The notes: generated from the letters alone by a model not told the origin. Positions 17,880 through 28,209 are shown, numbered from the stretch's first letter. The stretch is DNA of 64,000 bases from Spirochaetota bacterium (GCA_036846345.1 DAIUCD010000001.1:194723-258722), one strand, 5' to 3'. Translations and numbers: made by a program.

Positions 17880-19544
17880 CTATTCTCTTATATCCCTGCC
17901 CCTGTCATATCTATTCAAACTTTCAACTTTTACCTTGATAAACCATATTGGAGGATTAAAGAGCCCTCTTGAAAGATAATAGTCCGGTCTTTTAATGATA
18001 TCCACCAATGAAACCTGGATAAAGGATGGGATGAAATCCTGACTTAGACCAGTAATCAAGGATTGGGGTGTGATAATGATCCCGTATGGGGCACTCGATT
18101 TCTTTCTGATAGAGATCCCCAGGGGGAAATAATACCCTCCTCGTTTTTCCATCCAATCCAGATCTTCTTTATTGGAAACCTGGACCCATAGGGATACCTT
18201 TCCGTCGGACAATAATACACGACCTGCTAATGCAGATTTTCCAACACCACCAGAATCAATACCCCCTCCGGCCCTGAGGAGAAGTTCCTGAATATTGTTC
18301 TCAACCGGATAAAACTTGATAAGCTTCTCAGTATGAACTCTGGAATAAAACTGCTCCATATTATACGGATGAACAGTGTATTTTTTTTCATCTAAAAACA
18401 CCTCATCCAAAAAGCCCCTGGGTTTCCGCCTGCTCCCACTGCCGGCAAGACGGTCGAACAATCCCTCGCGCCATTCACCCGGATCCCCATCCGACCTGAA
18501 AACTCTTCCCGCCTCCATGTATATATCCGTTCTGTTCCCCTTTATATCAAAGGCTTTCTGATGATAAGCAGCATTGAAAAACCGTCCCCTGCTGATGGAT
18601 GAGATATCCTGGAGAATCTCCCTTCCCTTCGTATTCACCTGACCGAGGGCCAAAGTATTGACTCGAATTCTCATTCCCTTGGCCTTCAAGGCATAACTTT
18701 CCAAAACACCACCCTTTCTGATCTGTGTATTGGTGATGATTAAAATCACCTTATCCGCCTGACGCCGCCATTTGATACTTCTCAGCGCCACATTGAAGGC
18801 ATTGGCCACATTTTGTTCCCGATTATTTCCCCTTGGGGACCATTTTTCCACGATCAGGTTCATCGCTGGGGAAGAAGTAATGGGAGTCACTGACAGGTAT
18901 GTTTTGTACGCATCTGAGAATGGCAAAACATACAACCGCGTATCCCTGCTCCAGTCTCCAGACATGGCCCGAACCGTGCTCTTAATCCCTTCCCGGACAT
19001 CAGACCATTCCCTAGAGACATAGTAAGAGAGATCCACAAGCAATACCCCATCAAACGGTTTTTCCTCCTTTCGGCTCTTTCTCTTGTTGGGATGCAGGAT
19101 AAAGATATCCGATATCTCTTTTTCCGCCAGCTTGTAGAGATTTTTCGCACTTACCCGGGCTTTCCCTACGACACGCTTTTCTCTGACTGAGTAAAGAAAG
19201 CTCTCCGATATATATCCCCTCCTTGTCTTGTAAAGAGTCCCCAGCAGTACATGGTCGAGGTAACGGGTCTTTCCTAGTAATTGCAAATGCTCATCGGTTA
19301 TAGTTCCCTGAGGGTCCAAAGCATGACGACGGAAATCCGCCTCGACATCCCGGGGTGAGTAGATTTCCAAGCCCTTTTTTACAAGTGTTGCCAGCGATAA
19401 CAGCCTGGCATATTCCCACGAAATTTGTTCATTAAATTCCGTTGAAGGGTTATCAATTCGATAAGGGAAAACAGCAATTTCACTAAAGGCAGGGAAGGGA
19501 AGGATAATAATACTTATAAGGAAAGAAAGGATGCCAGTTCTCAT
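17880..19544 (-). CDS. Secreted protein: CsgG/TolB-N-like N-domain plus a central vWA-like domain; function unknown
   Basis: Signal peptide MRTGILSFLISIIILPFPAFS (ATG at 19544; the tabulated ORF uses the TTG at 19571). IAVFPYRIDN... N-domain is paralogous to the 5413..6552 protein. DLSYY...SGDWSRD...ILIITNTQ resembles a vWA fold. Confidence 0.45.
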   Translation of the reverse strand: MRTGILSFLISIIILPFPAFSEIAVFPYRIDNPSTEFNEQISWEYARLLSLATLVKKGLEIYSPRDVEADFRRHALDPQGTITDEHLQLLGKTRYLDHVLLGTLYKTRRGYISESFLYSVREKRVVGKARVSAKNLYKLAEKEISDIFILHPNKRKSRKEEKPFDGVLLVDLSYYVSREWSDVREGIKSTVRAMSGDWSRDTRLYVLPFSDAYKTYLSVTPITSSPAMNLIVEKWSPRGNNREQNVANAFNVALRSIKWRRQADKVILIITNTQIRKGGVLESYALKAKGMRIRVNTLALGQVNTKGREILQDISSISRGRFFNAAYHQKAFDIKGNRTDIYMEAGRVFRSDGDPGEWREGLFDRLAGSGSRRKPRGFLDEVFLDEKKYTVHPYNMEQFYSRVHTEKLIKFYPVENNIQELLLRAGGGIDSGGVGKSALAGRVLLSDGKVSLWVQVSNKEDLDWMEKRGGYYFPLGISIRKKSSAPYGIIITPQSLITGLSQDFIPSFIQVSLVDIIKRPDYYLSRGLFNPPIWFIKVKVESLNRYDRGRDIRE

Positions 19545-19576
19545 TTTAACACATCCTTTTATGTCTTCCAAATTGA

Positions 19577-20737
19577 TTAATTAACAATCGACAAGCCATC
19601 GTAAAGGTGTTTTCCCCTCATAAAGTACTCTTCGCCTTTACCGGAAGCTACATAGCAGGCACCGCCTATTCGGGAACCGTCCGGGATTTTACAATCCTTG
19701 CCGATCAGGGTTATACTGCTGAAAATAGATCGAGGAAAATCATTGTTTTTAAGTTGTTCATAATCAGAGCCCACAATACAATGATTCCCGATGTTGGGAT
19801 ATTCATATTCCTGCTGAAAATTCATCCGTTCATCAACTATGGTTCGAGTAATACGGGTTCCGTCCCCTATACGGGCAAAGGGGAGAACAATGGAATCCTG
19901 CACAATAGATTTCTCTCCGATGTAAACACCGGGATAAATAATAGAATTGATGATGGTCCCGTGTACATCACATCCATCAGACACAAAAGAACTCCTGATT
20001 TTCGCATGCATACCCACACGCGCATATCCTTCAACTAGGATCTGACTTTCGAGTTTGAGTTCCCTAAAGAGCAGATTAAAAAATTCCGGATTCCTTAAAA
20101 TCTCCATGTTGATGGCATAAAAATCAGGGATATTTCTCAACGGCCAGTAATAGACATCAAATTCCTCAGTAGCGATGCCGGTATGCAATTGCAGATTGAT
20201 GATCATTTCGAAAAAGTTCGGGGAATTCCGCTTTTCCTCAATGGCAGTATTGACCACATCAAGCAGCAGTTTCTGATTGGAAACGAGTATGGTATTGGCA
20301 AGGCTGGCCGAATCGGCAAATTTCAGTTTGAAGAGAACAGCGTCGCTTCCAATTTTGAAATAGTGCTCCATCATCTCTTTGAAGTTGATGATCGAAGGAT
20401 TATCCCCGTTATAAAGAATGTAATACCCAGTATTGGAATCAATAATCAGGGAATACAACGTGTTGATGTCCGAAGACTGTTTGGAAACGACCTTTATGCG
20501 GGGAAAATTTTCTTCCGTGAAAGGACCGTAATTTTCCACGTAGTTTTCCAGATCATCATCGTAGTCATTAAAGATGATGGTTCTTCTGGCATTGGAAAAG
20601 AAGGAATTTCGTATGGTAAAGTCCACCACGCGGAATCGTCCACCGAAGGGCAGCATGTATTTGGACCGATTATCCACAAGGGAGAGAAGATTATGCTTCT
20701 TGACTCCCGGATATGATATGATGGTTACATCTTCCAT
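19577..20737 (-). CDS. Glucose-1-phosphate adenylyltransferase-family protein (GlgC/GlgD-like nucleotidyltransferase with a left-handed beta-helix)
   Basis: LPFGGRFRVVDFTIRNS resembles the GlgC P-loop region. C-terminal hexapeptide-repeat domain. Confidence 0.65.
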   Translation of the reverse strand: MEDVTIISYPGVKKHNLLSLVDNRSKYMLPFGGRFRVVDFTIRNSFFSNARRTIIFNDYDDDLENYVENYGPFTEENFPRIKVVSKQSSDINTLYSLIIDSNTGYYILYNGDNPSIINFKEMMEHYFKIGSDAVLFKLKFADSASLANTILVSNQKLLLDVVNTAIEEKRNSPNFFEMIINLQLHTGIATEEFDVYYWPLRNIPDFYAINMEILRNPEFFNLLFRELKLESQILVEGYARVGMHAKIRSSFVSDGCDVHGTIINSIIYPGVYIGEKSIVQDSIVLPFARIGDGTRITRTIVDERMNFQQEYEYPNIGNHCIVGSDYEQLKNNDFPRSIFSSITLIGKDCKIPDGSRIGGACYVASGKGEEYFMRGKHLYDGLSIVN

Positions 20738-20880
20738 TTAATATTCTTTTATCAGGAAATTGATCAGGTAAAGGCTATGAATTATAACTCCAGCCTTCCC
20801 AGCATAATGAAGGAATAATCCAATAAAATGCAATAAAAAAATCGGCCGGCAGGACGGATATAAGGTTAACTTAATTATTC

Positions 20881-20909
20881 TTGACATATAAAATTTACAA
20901 CTCTATATT
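20881..20909 (+). promoter_or_regulatory. Near-consensus sigma70 promoter for the lipoprotein gene
   Basis: TTGACA - 17 nt - TATATT. Confidence 0.45.
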
Positions 20910-21003
20910 CAATACAATAATTCATTTAGATTCATAACATTTTACAAATAGTTCTTATGAAATATTTCTCGAAGATTATCTCTCTGACATAATGGAAACA
21001 GAT

Positions 21004-21417
21004 ATGAAACTGAAGAAAATGTGGCTTTTCCTATTTATCATAATGGTAATAACCATTATCGCCTGTTCAGAAGATAAAACAAAAATTAAATTTAAAATTA
21101 TATGTACTGGGTCTTCGACATCCAATTCCTTTACTGGCTATTATATAGCTGATGGGGGAGATACGATTAGTTTTAGTGCTAATCCAGAATATGACAAAGA
21201 ATTAGAAAACATAGACTTTCTTGAAATCAGTGCAACGAAGTCTCAACCAGACGCTGCAATTACTATTAAAATCTATCGAGACGATACCCGAGTAAAATAT
21301 TCAAACCTTGATGCAAATTATAAACCCGATGGAACAAATGTACAAAACACATTAACCTTGGATTACCGTGTCGGTGAAGAAAATACTGACACTGACACAA
21401 CAGATTCGGGATCTTAA
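21004..21417 (+). CDS. Small lipoprotein with a Thr/Asp-rich C-terminal tail
   Basis: MKLKKMWLFLFIIMVITIIACSE lipobox (tabulated start 20992). Confidence 0.4.
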   Translation: MKLKKMWLFLFIIMVITIIACSEDKTKIKFKIICTGSSTSNSFTGYYIADGGDTISFSANPEYDKELENIDFLEISATKSQPDAAITIKIYRDDTRVKYSNLDANYKPDGTNVQNTLTLDYRVGEENTDTDTTDSGS

Positions 21418-21450
21418 TCCACTAATATCATACCTTCAAAGATAGTAACC

Positions 21451-21900
21451 ATGCTCAATTACGAAATACAAGACGCCACCAGGACGCTAACTATTGCTCG
21501 TTCTCTAAATAGTTACTCCCCTCCCTTCAAGATCATCGGCAATTACAATCTGATCGATAACGGGATCGATCCCGAGGCCACGGTACAGATCGAAGCCAAT
21601 GGTCGATACATCCACGAAGCCTCCACGGGCAACGGACCCGTAGACGCTCTGGCCAAAGTTCTGAAAAAAGCCCTGATCCCGCTCTTTCCGGAAATCGAGA
21701 AAGTTAAACTCATCGATTACAGGGCCAATATACTCGATGCCCGACGCGGTACCAGCACTGATGTTGAGGTGACCATTATCTTTACAGACGGAGAAGTCGT
21801 CTGGAAGGTCTATTCACTCTCCGAGAATATCAACGCAGCGTCCTTTCTGGTTTTACTCGACGGCTTCGAGTACGCAATTTTAAAATCCCAACCCCGATAG
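21451..21900 (+). CDS. Stand-alone LeuA allosteric (dimerisation) domain protein
   Basis: ASTGNGPVDALAKVL motif and a length of about 150 aa match the C-terminal regulatory domain of 2-isopropylmalate synthase. Confidence 0.5.
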   Translation: MLNYEIQDATRTLTIARSLNSYSPPFKIIGNYNLIDNGIDPEATVQIEANGRYIHEASTGNGPVDALAKVLKKALIPLFPEIEKVKLIDYRANILDARRGTSTDVEVTIIFTDGEVVWKVYSLSENINAASFLVLLDGFEYAILKSQPR

Positions 21901-21904
21901 CCCT

Positions 21905-24205
21905 TCAGACTGTTTTTACCTCAAAACCCATGAGTATGATGTCGTCGTCTATCTTGGGTACCTGTCCAAAATGTTTCACTTCATCGATTACGGCATCCAG
22001 TGTCTCCTTGAGACCTTCGCGATGCGAACGCCTAAACAGGGCAATAAGCCCATCATCAAACCCGATAATCTCTTTTTCCTCATTCTCTACTTCAGGTATC
22101 CCATCGGTCATGAGAAAAACCCTGTCCCCTTTTGTCAGTTTTATTTTTGATGTTTGATACCGCTGATCATCGAACATGCCTATGATAGTCCCGTTGTTCT
22201 TCAAAAGAGAGAAGGAATCCTCATTCGCTCTGTAAAGAATCGGGTAGGGGTGACCACCGTTAGAGAAGCTGTAGACTACCTGATCCTTATCCCCATTCAC
22301 CTGGAAAAGACCGTATATGGCCGTAACGAAATAGGAAGGCATCTCCTCAACGAGAAGCTTGTTTAAATGAGTTATATACTCATCAGGATTATAACCGTAG
22401 ATTCGGCAAATCCTATCTGTCGCCGACTTTACCAGTGATAAGAACAGGGCCGCTGATACCCCATGTCCGGAGACATCTCCAATAAAAACAGAAAGGGTCC
22501 TTTCATCCAGGGGTAATAGGGAATAATAATCGCCCCCAATTTTGTCCAGAGGATGGAATCTATAATCAACATTGAGAAAATCCATCTCCGGAATCTTCCT
22601 GGAAAGTAAGGTCTTCTGAATAAGCTGTGCCAGCTTCAAATCCTTTTCCATGATTTCATTTCTCTTTCTCAAGGCTTCCTCCGCCAGCTTTTTTTCAGTT
22701 ATATCCTCTTTAACGGCAATATAATGGGTGATGATTCCCTTTTTGTTTTTCAGGGGAGATATTGACGCCTGCTCCCAGTAATAATCACCATTCTTCTTCC
22801 TGTTTCGTAATTCCCCCTTCCACTCGTGTCCTTTCGTGATAGTATTCCACAAATCCGCATAAAAATCCTTGCTGTGATATCCGGAATTGAGAATCCTCGT
22901 ATTTTGATTCAATACCTCCGCCAGAGTATACCCCGTTAGATGGGTAAATTTGGGGTTAACATATTCAATCCTGCCACTACAATCCGTGATCACAACTGAT
23001 GCGGGGCTCTGTTCCACAGCCCTGGACAATTTTCTCAGCTCTTCTTCCGATTGACGACGTTCCGATATATCAAGAATGAAGCCATGGAGCTTGCATATAT
23101 CCCCCGCTTCATTTATTTGAACAGCACAGGTATTGGAAACCCATTTGACTGTTCCGTCCTTATGAATGATTCTATGTTCAATAGTATCTGATGATTTATG
23201 AAATATTATTTTTTCGATAAAGCTGTTTACACGTTTTTTGTCTTTATTATGAATCATGGAAAACCATAGATTCGGATCTGTTTCAAACTCTTCCTGATGA
23301 TACCCGGTTATATCACGACATTTGGGGCTGTGATAGGTTGCCATGGCAACACCCTTATCATAAGTAACACTATAAATATACTCGTTAATATTGTGAACTA
23401 GTGTTCTATAGGTATCCTCACTCTTCTTTAATTCCTCCTCTTCAATCTTGATGGGTGATATGTCTTCAAGAATTGCCACAAAATGCGTCAATACCCCTTC
23501 CACATTGAGGATTGGTGAAACTGTCAACTCAATCCATAATTCACAACCATTTCTATGGGTATATCGAATCTCTTCCTTTTCATACCTCTTGGTCTGTATC
23601 ATGTCCTGAATCCGTTTAAAATATGGACTTCCCATATTGGCCCCGACCAGGGCATCCAGACTTTCCCCTATAACCTCAATTTTTGTATATCCCGTCATTT
23701 CAGTAAATACCGCGTTTACATATTCAATATCACCCATTTCATCCGAGATAATGATCGCAACAGGCAACTGTTCTAGTGTATAAAGAAAACGTCCCAATTG
23801 CCCTTTGCGCCTTTTTGAATCAATGGCATAATAAAGAGATTTCTTAACGAGAGGTCTACTGATTTCATCCTGATAAATAGCATCATCAGCGCCCTCTTTC
23901 AGTATAAGAGGTATCATTGAATCGTTGCGGATTTCTGAAAAGAGGACAATGGACACCTCAGGAAGAGCCTGATGGAGAACCCTGAACTTTTCAAGAGCGG
24001 CCTGACCCTGATGGGAGATATTGAAGAGGATGAGATCACAATTTTGCGGGGTGATTTCGTTTAAAGCAGTTGATACGTTAGAGAAATAATTCCATTCAAA
24101 TGGTCTGGTATTGTCCGATTTACTTAAATCAGATACAAAATGGTAGGCCTCTTCACTTCCTTCCAGAAAAAAAATTCGGAAACTGGTATGGTTCATCATA
24201 CTCAT
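21905..24205 (-). CDS. Signalling protein: degenerate receiver - three PAS domains - PP2C (SpoIIE/RsbU-type) Ser/Thr phosphatase
   Basis: C-terminal GDVSGHGVSAALF...MTDG PP2C motifs. Three PAS-like repeats (ISDEMGDIEYVN, NEYIYSV, SPASVVITD). The N-terminal REC-like fold has N in place of the phosphoacceptor Asp. Confidence 0.8.
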   Translation of the reverse strand: MSMMNHTSFRIFFLEGSEEAYHFVSDLSKSDNTRPFEWNYFSNVSTALNEITPQNCDLILFNISHQGQAALEKFRVLHQALPEVSIVLFSEIRNDSMIPLILKEGADDAIYQDEISRPLVKKSLYYAIDSKRRKGQLGRFLYTLEQLPVAIIISDEMGDIEYVNAVFTEMTGYTKIEVIGESLDALVGANMGSPYFKRIQDMIQTKRYEKEEIRYTHRNGCELWIELTVSPILNVEGVLTHFVAILEDISPIKIEEEELKKSEDTYRTLVHNINEYIYSVTYDKGVAMATYHSPKCRDITGYHQEEFETDPNLWFSMIHNKDKKRVNSFIEKIIFHKSSDTIEHRIIHKDGTVKWVSNTCAVQINEAGDICKLHGFILDISERRQSEEELRKLSRAVEQSPASVVITDCSGRIEYVNPKFTHLTGYTLAEVLNQNTRILNSGYHSKDFYADLWNTITKGHEWKGELRNRKKNGDYYWEQASISPLKNKKGIITHYIAVKEDITEKKLAEEALRKRNEIMEKDLKLAQLIQKTLLSRKIPEMDFLNVDYRFHPLDKIGGDYYSLLPLDERTLSVFIGDVSGHGVSAALFLSLVKSATDRICRIYGYNPDEYITHLNKLLVEEMPSYFVTAIYGLFQVNGDKDQVVYSFSNGGHPYPILYRANEDSFSLLKNNGTIIGMFDDQRYQTSKIKLTKGDRVFLMTDGIPEVENEEKEIIGFDDGLIALFRRSHREGLKETLDAVIDEVKHFGQVPKIDDDIILMGFEVKTV

Positions 24206-24375
24206 TTCCTTCCTGTTATATTTATATCTTCTTTTTATCGTTTATAACTGATTAAAATATAGTACAGGAATAGAAAAATGTCAAACAACTATAACCCTGG
24301 TTATTTAACAGTCCTCCAATCAGATTGGGCTGCATCTATTGTCAAAAATAGCTGATCTCAATCCAGGACCCTTTC

Positions 24376-25503
24376 TCAATCCTCACCGATTTGTGGTCCC
24401 CCTTCAATGTCCAAAAGATCGGTCTTGATCCCCGTAATCTGGGATACCTTGTCGTTAAATTTCTCTGCCCGCCGCAAACATTCCCTGTATTTAGCTGAGG
24501 CATTATCAATGTGTTTCCCAACAAGGTTGAAATCCCGATAAAAAACCGAAAAGGTGTCCTGAACCCGTGATAGTTCTCCCATGATCATGCGTGCCTGCTG
24601 CTCAATTTTAAACCCCTTGAGACCATATACGATAGCCATGAGATAAGCATAAAAGCTATTGGGAGAGACGGGTATTACATGACGCTCGATCGCGTAATTG
24701 AATATCTCGTAATCCCGGTTTGTCAATGTGTCGTTTATAATGATCTCATAGAATACATTTTCTGCAGGTATATACATCATCGCAAAATCAAACGTTCCTT
24801 CATCCTGATTGATATACTTCACGGCTATTTCATCAATTCTTGCCTTCAAGCCCCGTATAAACTCCTTTTTAAACCTGTTTTTCTCCTCCTCCTTTTCCGA
24901 TGATATCATCCTCTGGAAGCTTTCCAGAGGAAATTTGGAATCCACCGGGATTATGCCCTCTCCCAGCTTAATGACAGCATCCACCAGCGTGCCATTGCGG
25001 AACCGATATTGGATCTCATAATTCTTACTGGGGAAAATCTGCTTTAACAATTCTTCAAGGAGGTATTCCCCCAGATTTCCCCTCAACTTAGGCGCCTGGA
25101 GAATTGTTTGAAGGGAGGAGATATCTTTCCCGATCGCCTGGATATTCCTCGCTGTCTCTTCCAGGGATCCGAGTTTTTTATGTATCTCATTGATCACTAC
25201 ACCGGTATTGCTCAATTGTGAATTAATATTTGCCTGTGTTTTCGAAAGAACAGTATTTACTGAATTCGTGATAGAACCCAGTTGATCATTCATATTCTTT
25301 TGAGTTTGAGCAAAAAGTTCCTGCTGACTTCTCAGGGATAGATTTTGCATTTCCAGCTGCTTTGTTTTGAATTCAAAAAGCTGGTTCTTCATGTCGATGA
25401 GCTCCTGATTGAGGCCCATGTCCTTAACAGTAAAGGTTTTTACGATCAAAATGATCAAAGATACCGCAATGATAACCAGTAAAATCAAAATAATGGTATT
25501 CAT
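24376..25503 (-). CDS. rmuC: DNA recombination protein RmuC
   Basis: N-terminal transmembrane segment, long coiled coil, and conserved C-terminal FDFAMMYIPAENVFYE. Confidence 0.75.
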   Translation of the reverse strand: MNTIILILLVIIAVSLIILIVKTFTVKDMGLNQELIDMKNQLFEFKTKQLEMQNLSLRSQQELFAQTQKNMNDQLGSITNSVNTVLSKTQANINSQLSNTGVVINEIHKKLGSLEETARNIQAIGKDISSLQTILQAPKLRGNLGEYLLEELLKQIFPSKNYEIQYRFRNGTLVDAVIKLGEGIIPVDSKFPLESFQRMISSEKEEEKNRFKKEFIRGLKARIDEIAVKYINQDEGTFDFAMMYIPAENVFYEIIINDTLTNRDYEIFNYAIERHVIPVSPNSFYAYLMAIVYGLKGFKIEQQARMIMGELSRVQDTFSVFYRDFNLVGKHIDNASAKYRECLRRAEKFNDKVSQITGIKTDLLDIEGGPQIGED

Positions 25504-26570
25504 GAAGCCTTCTCCATAAATTTATCTATCGATTTTCCACGAATTCGATCCCGCAATCCCCCCAGGGGTTTTTCCATCATTCTATGAATAAGCGCGGCGA
25601 AAATATTAATAAAAGGAAAAGATAAGAAGAACAGAATACCCCCTTGATGACTGTAGCGGGGTGGAATCATGCCCTGAAAAATCAGGATGATTACCAGCAA
25701 TCCAACGAGCCAATGAATCAAATAAACTGGATAAGAAAGATCCCCCAGAAATTGATCGATCTTTAAAATGGCTTTTGGCACTTTTTCAACGGGAACTCGG
25801 CTCAAAAAAGCTACTATCACCGTAAGGAAAAGGAGATTAATGTAAAACGAAACAAGCCTTGGATCACCAAGAGACTCAGCAAAAATCAGATTACAAATAT
25901 ATCCCAGCAGCAATCCAAAAAATATCTTCGCATTGAAATCAAACTTTAAACCGTTTTCACTGCGATTCAAAACATAGAATAACAAAGCTCCGATACTAAA
26001 AGGAAGTGATGCTGCCTGCAAGGGCCGATAACGGGTACCCCAGGGCATATCAAAAGCAAGAACGAGTACAGTATATAGCAGACTCAGGGAAAACCAGAGC
26101 AAGGTTCTCTTATAGGTTTTTGCAAGGATCGGAATGAGTATATAGAACAAAAACTCGATATGCAAGGTCCAGGCCGGCGGTATTATCCTGACCCGACCCA
26201 GCTCTAAAAAAAATGTATTTCCAAGACCGAAAATAATCAGATTATAGATCCAATCCAGAGCATTGCTTGGAATTTCCATGGTATCTTTAAAAGTCTTACT
26301 TGTTACAGGGAAAGCGGCAATAACTATGATACTAGCCGCCATTATCAACCAGTATACCGGATAAATCCTTAAAAATCTGTTTTGTAAATAGGATTTGACG
26401 CCCTTTATTGTAAAGCCATAGGTTTCCTTCAGGATAAATGTCATCAGGTATCCGCTGAGTATATAAAAACCAAAAACTGCATATACTGCCGTCCAATTAT
26501 TAAGTCCAGGCCACAGATGGACAAGAATAACTAGATTGGCTAAAAAATACCTCAATATACCGAATAACAA
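25500..26570 (-). CDS. Membrane acyltransferase (acyltransferase_3 / OafA-like family)
   Basis: About ten predicted transmembrane helices, with a LRIYPVYW motif. Confidence 0.6.
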   Translation of the reverse strand: MLFGILRYFLANLVILVHLWPGLNNWTAVYAVFGFYILSGYLMTFILKETYGFTIKGVKSYLQNRFLRIYPVYWLIMAASIIVIAAFPVTSKTFKDTMEIPSNALDWIYNLIIFGLGNTFFLELGRVRIIPPAWTLHIEFLFYILIPILAKTYKRTLLWFSLSLLYTVLVLAFDMPWGTRYRPLQAASLPFSIGALLFYVLNRSENGLKFDFNAKIFFGLLLGYICNLIFAESLGDPRLVSFYINLLFLTVIVAFLSRVPVEKVPKAILKIDQFLGDLSYPVYLIHWLVGLLVIILIFQGMIPPRYSHQGGILFFLSFPFINIFAALIHRMMEKPLGGLRDRIRGKSIDKFMEKAS

Positions 26571-26794
26571 ATCTACGCCCCCAATTATTTACAATGCTTC
26601 CATCATAATTATCACAATTATTCGTTAAAGAAGACCATGGGAATCATAATACCATTTTATAAAACTAATACGATTACAGCATAATTATATCAAATTCTTT
26701 CGAGATAATTATTGATCATCGAATACATATCCGCATTAAATACACAGCCTGATATATCATTGAAAGAAGGTTTTTAGATGAAGGTTCTCAATCC

Positions 26795-27646
26795 TCACCG
26801 AGATTGCAGATAAACAGCAATCTGTTCATTCAATTGATGAAGTTCATGAGCAGCCGCCTCAGCATAATCCATTCCAGGGGACTTCTTATATGCGTAATTG
26901 ATGGCTGATGACGAATTTATACGATGTATCTGATAATTGCCGTTTTCTTTCAGGATATTAACGATCTCTCTAACGTCTCCCCCCTGACGGCCCACCCCCG
27001 GAATGAGAAGAGGAAACTCCTTACCAGTAGCGTTATACTTCTGTATAATTGACCTCAACTCTTCGGGATAAGTTGCCCCCACGACAGCCCCGATACCGGG
27101 CCTGTACCATTCTATGATCTTCTGAGTGACCTGAGAATAGAAGGGACTGCCGTCAATCATGATATCCTGAAAATCGACAGAGCTTTTATTGGAAGTCTTA
27201 TTTAGAACATAATACCCCTTATCAGGAAAACCGTTCATGAAGGGAGATATGGAATCATATCCCATATAGGGCGCCAGGGTCACGGCATCCGCTTCAAAAA
27301 AAACAAAGGCCTCCCGGGCATAGGCTTCTGCGGTCGTACCGATATCACCCCTCTTCACATCCAGGATGACAGGCAATCCTTCCCGTTTATATATTTTTAT
27401 GATAGACCAAAGCGCTTCAATACCATCCAGACCATATTGTCCATAAAAGGCATAATTAGGTTTTACAGCGGAAGGATATATCCCTTTTTTACACAAGCTG
27501 TTTAAAATGGCCTCATAGAACTCTACTATGGTTTCCTTGACGGATTTCCCCTTGATAGGAATATTTTCCAAAACAGGATCCATCCCCATACAAACAATAC
27601 TGCCGTATTTTTCCGCTTTATTCTTAAGCAATTCAATATAATTCAT
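26795..27646 (-). CDS. pyrF: Orotidine-5'-phosphate decarboxylase (type 2)
   Basis: VCMGMDP, ILDVKRGDIGTTAEAY and IPGVGRQGGD motifs. Confidence 0.85.
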   Translation of the reverse strand: MNYIELLKNKAEKYGSIVCMGMDPVLENIPIKGKSVKETIVEFYEAILNSLCKKGIYPSAVKPNYAFYGQYGLDGIEALWSIIKIYKREGLPVILDVKRGDIGTTAEAYAREAFVFFEADAVTLAPYMGYDSISPFMNGFPDKGYYVLNKTSNKSSVDFQDIMIDGSPFYSQVTQKIIEWYRPGIGAVVGATYPEELRSIIQKYNATGKEFPLLIPGVGRQGGDVREIVNILKENGNYQIHRINSSSAINYAYKKSPGMDYAEAAAHELHQLNEQIAVYLQSR

Positions 27647-27666
27647 CCCTCAACCTGTCTTATTAA

Positions 27667-28209
27667 TTATAGTTTCATTTCTAACTTTTGCAGCTCATCC
27701 AGATATATCTGATAATTATCACGATCAAAAACTACAAAGCGAACCTCTAGAATATATTTCTCCTGTTTCATGAATTTAAGAACGGTAATCATCGCAACTT
27801 CACAGGCCTCCCTCTTGGGATAACCATAGATCCCGGTAGAAATAGCGGGAAAAGCAATCGATTTTAATTCCTTCGCCTTCGCCAGCCTCATACAGTTCCA
27901 ATAGGAATCGGTGAGGATCTTTCGCTCTCCCGATGAACCATTCCTATATATGGGACCTGGCGTATGAATGATATACTCAGCTTTTAAATTATAACCTCTA
28001 GTTATCCGAGCTTCTCCATGCCGGCACCCCCCCAGTGTTTTACATTCCTCCAAAAGTTTAGGCCCCGCCGCACGGTGAATAGCACCATCGACGCCTCCCC
28101 CCCCCAGAAGGCTGGGATTGGCAGCATTAACAATGGCACCTGTATCCTCCAGCGTTATATCTCCCTGTTTGATTACTATTTGTTTAAGCAATTCCTTTGA
28201 ACAATCCAT
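27667..28209 (-). CDS. Macro-domain protein (O-acetyl-ADP-ribose deacetylase, YmdB-like)
   Basis: IVIKQGDIT...GAIVNAANPSLLGGGGVDGAIHRAAG. Confidence 0.82.
   Translation of the reverse strand: MDCSKELLKQIVIKQGDITLEDTGAIVNAANPSLLGGGGVDGAIHRAAGPKLLEECKTLGGCRHGEARITRGYNLKAEYIIHTPGPIYRNGSSGERKILTDSYWNCMRLAKAKELKSIAFPAISTGIYGYPKREACEVAMITVLKFMKQEKYILEVRFVVFDRDNYQIYLDELQKLEMKL

Noticed and set aside
20738-20991. Possible small RNA or tRNA in AT-rich intergenic regions (20738..20991, 26571..26794, 29474..29758, 36080..36300, 44069..44297, 48656..48931)
   Set aside because: I scanned them for tRNA-like GC-rich stems, T-loop (GTTCRANYC) motifs and riboswitch cores. None was found. They contain promoter-like hexamers only.
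25500-26570. The acyltransferase_3 gene, considered as a possible truncated pseudogene (it lacks an obvious N-terminal RxDxxRG motif)
   Set aside because: The ORF is intact with about ten transmembrane helices and overlaps rmuC by 4 nt, a typical operon junction. There is not enough evidence for decay.
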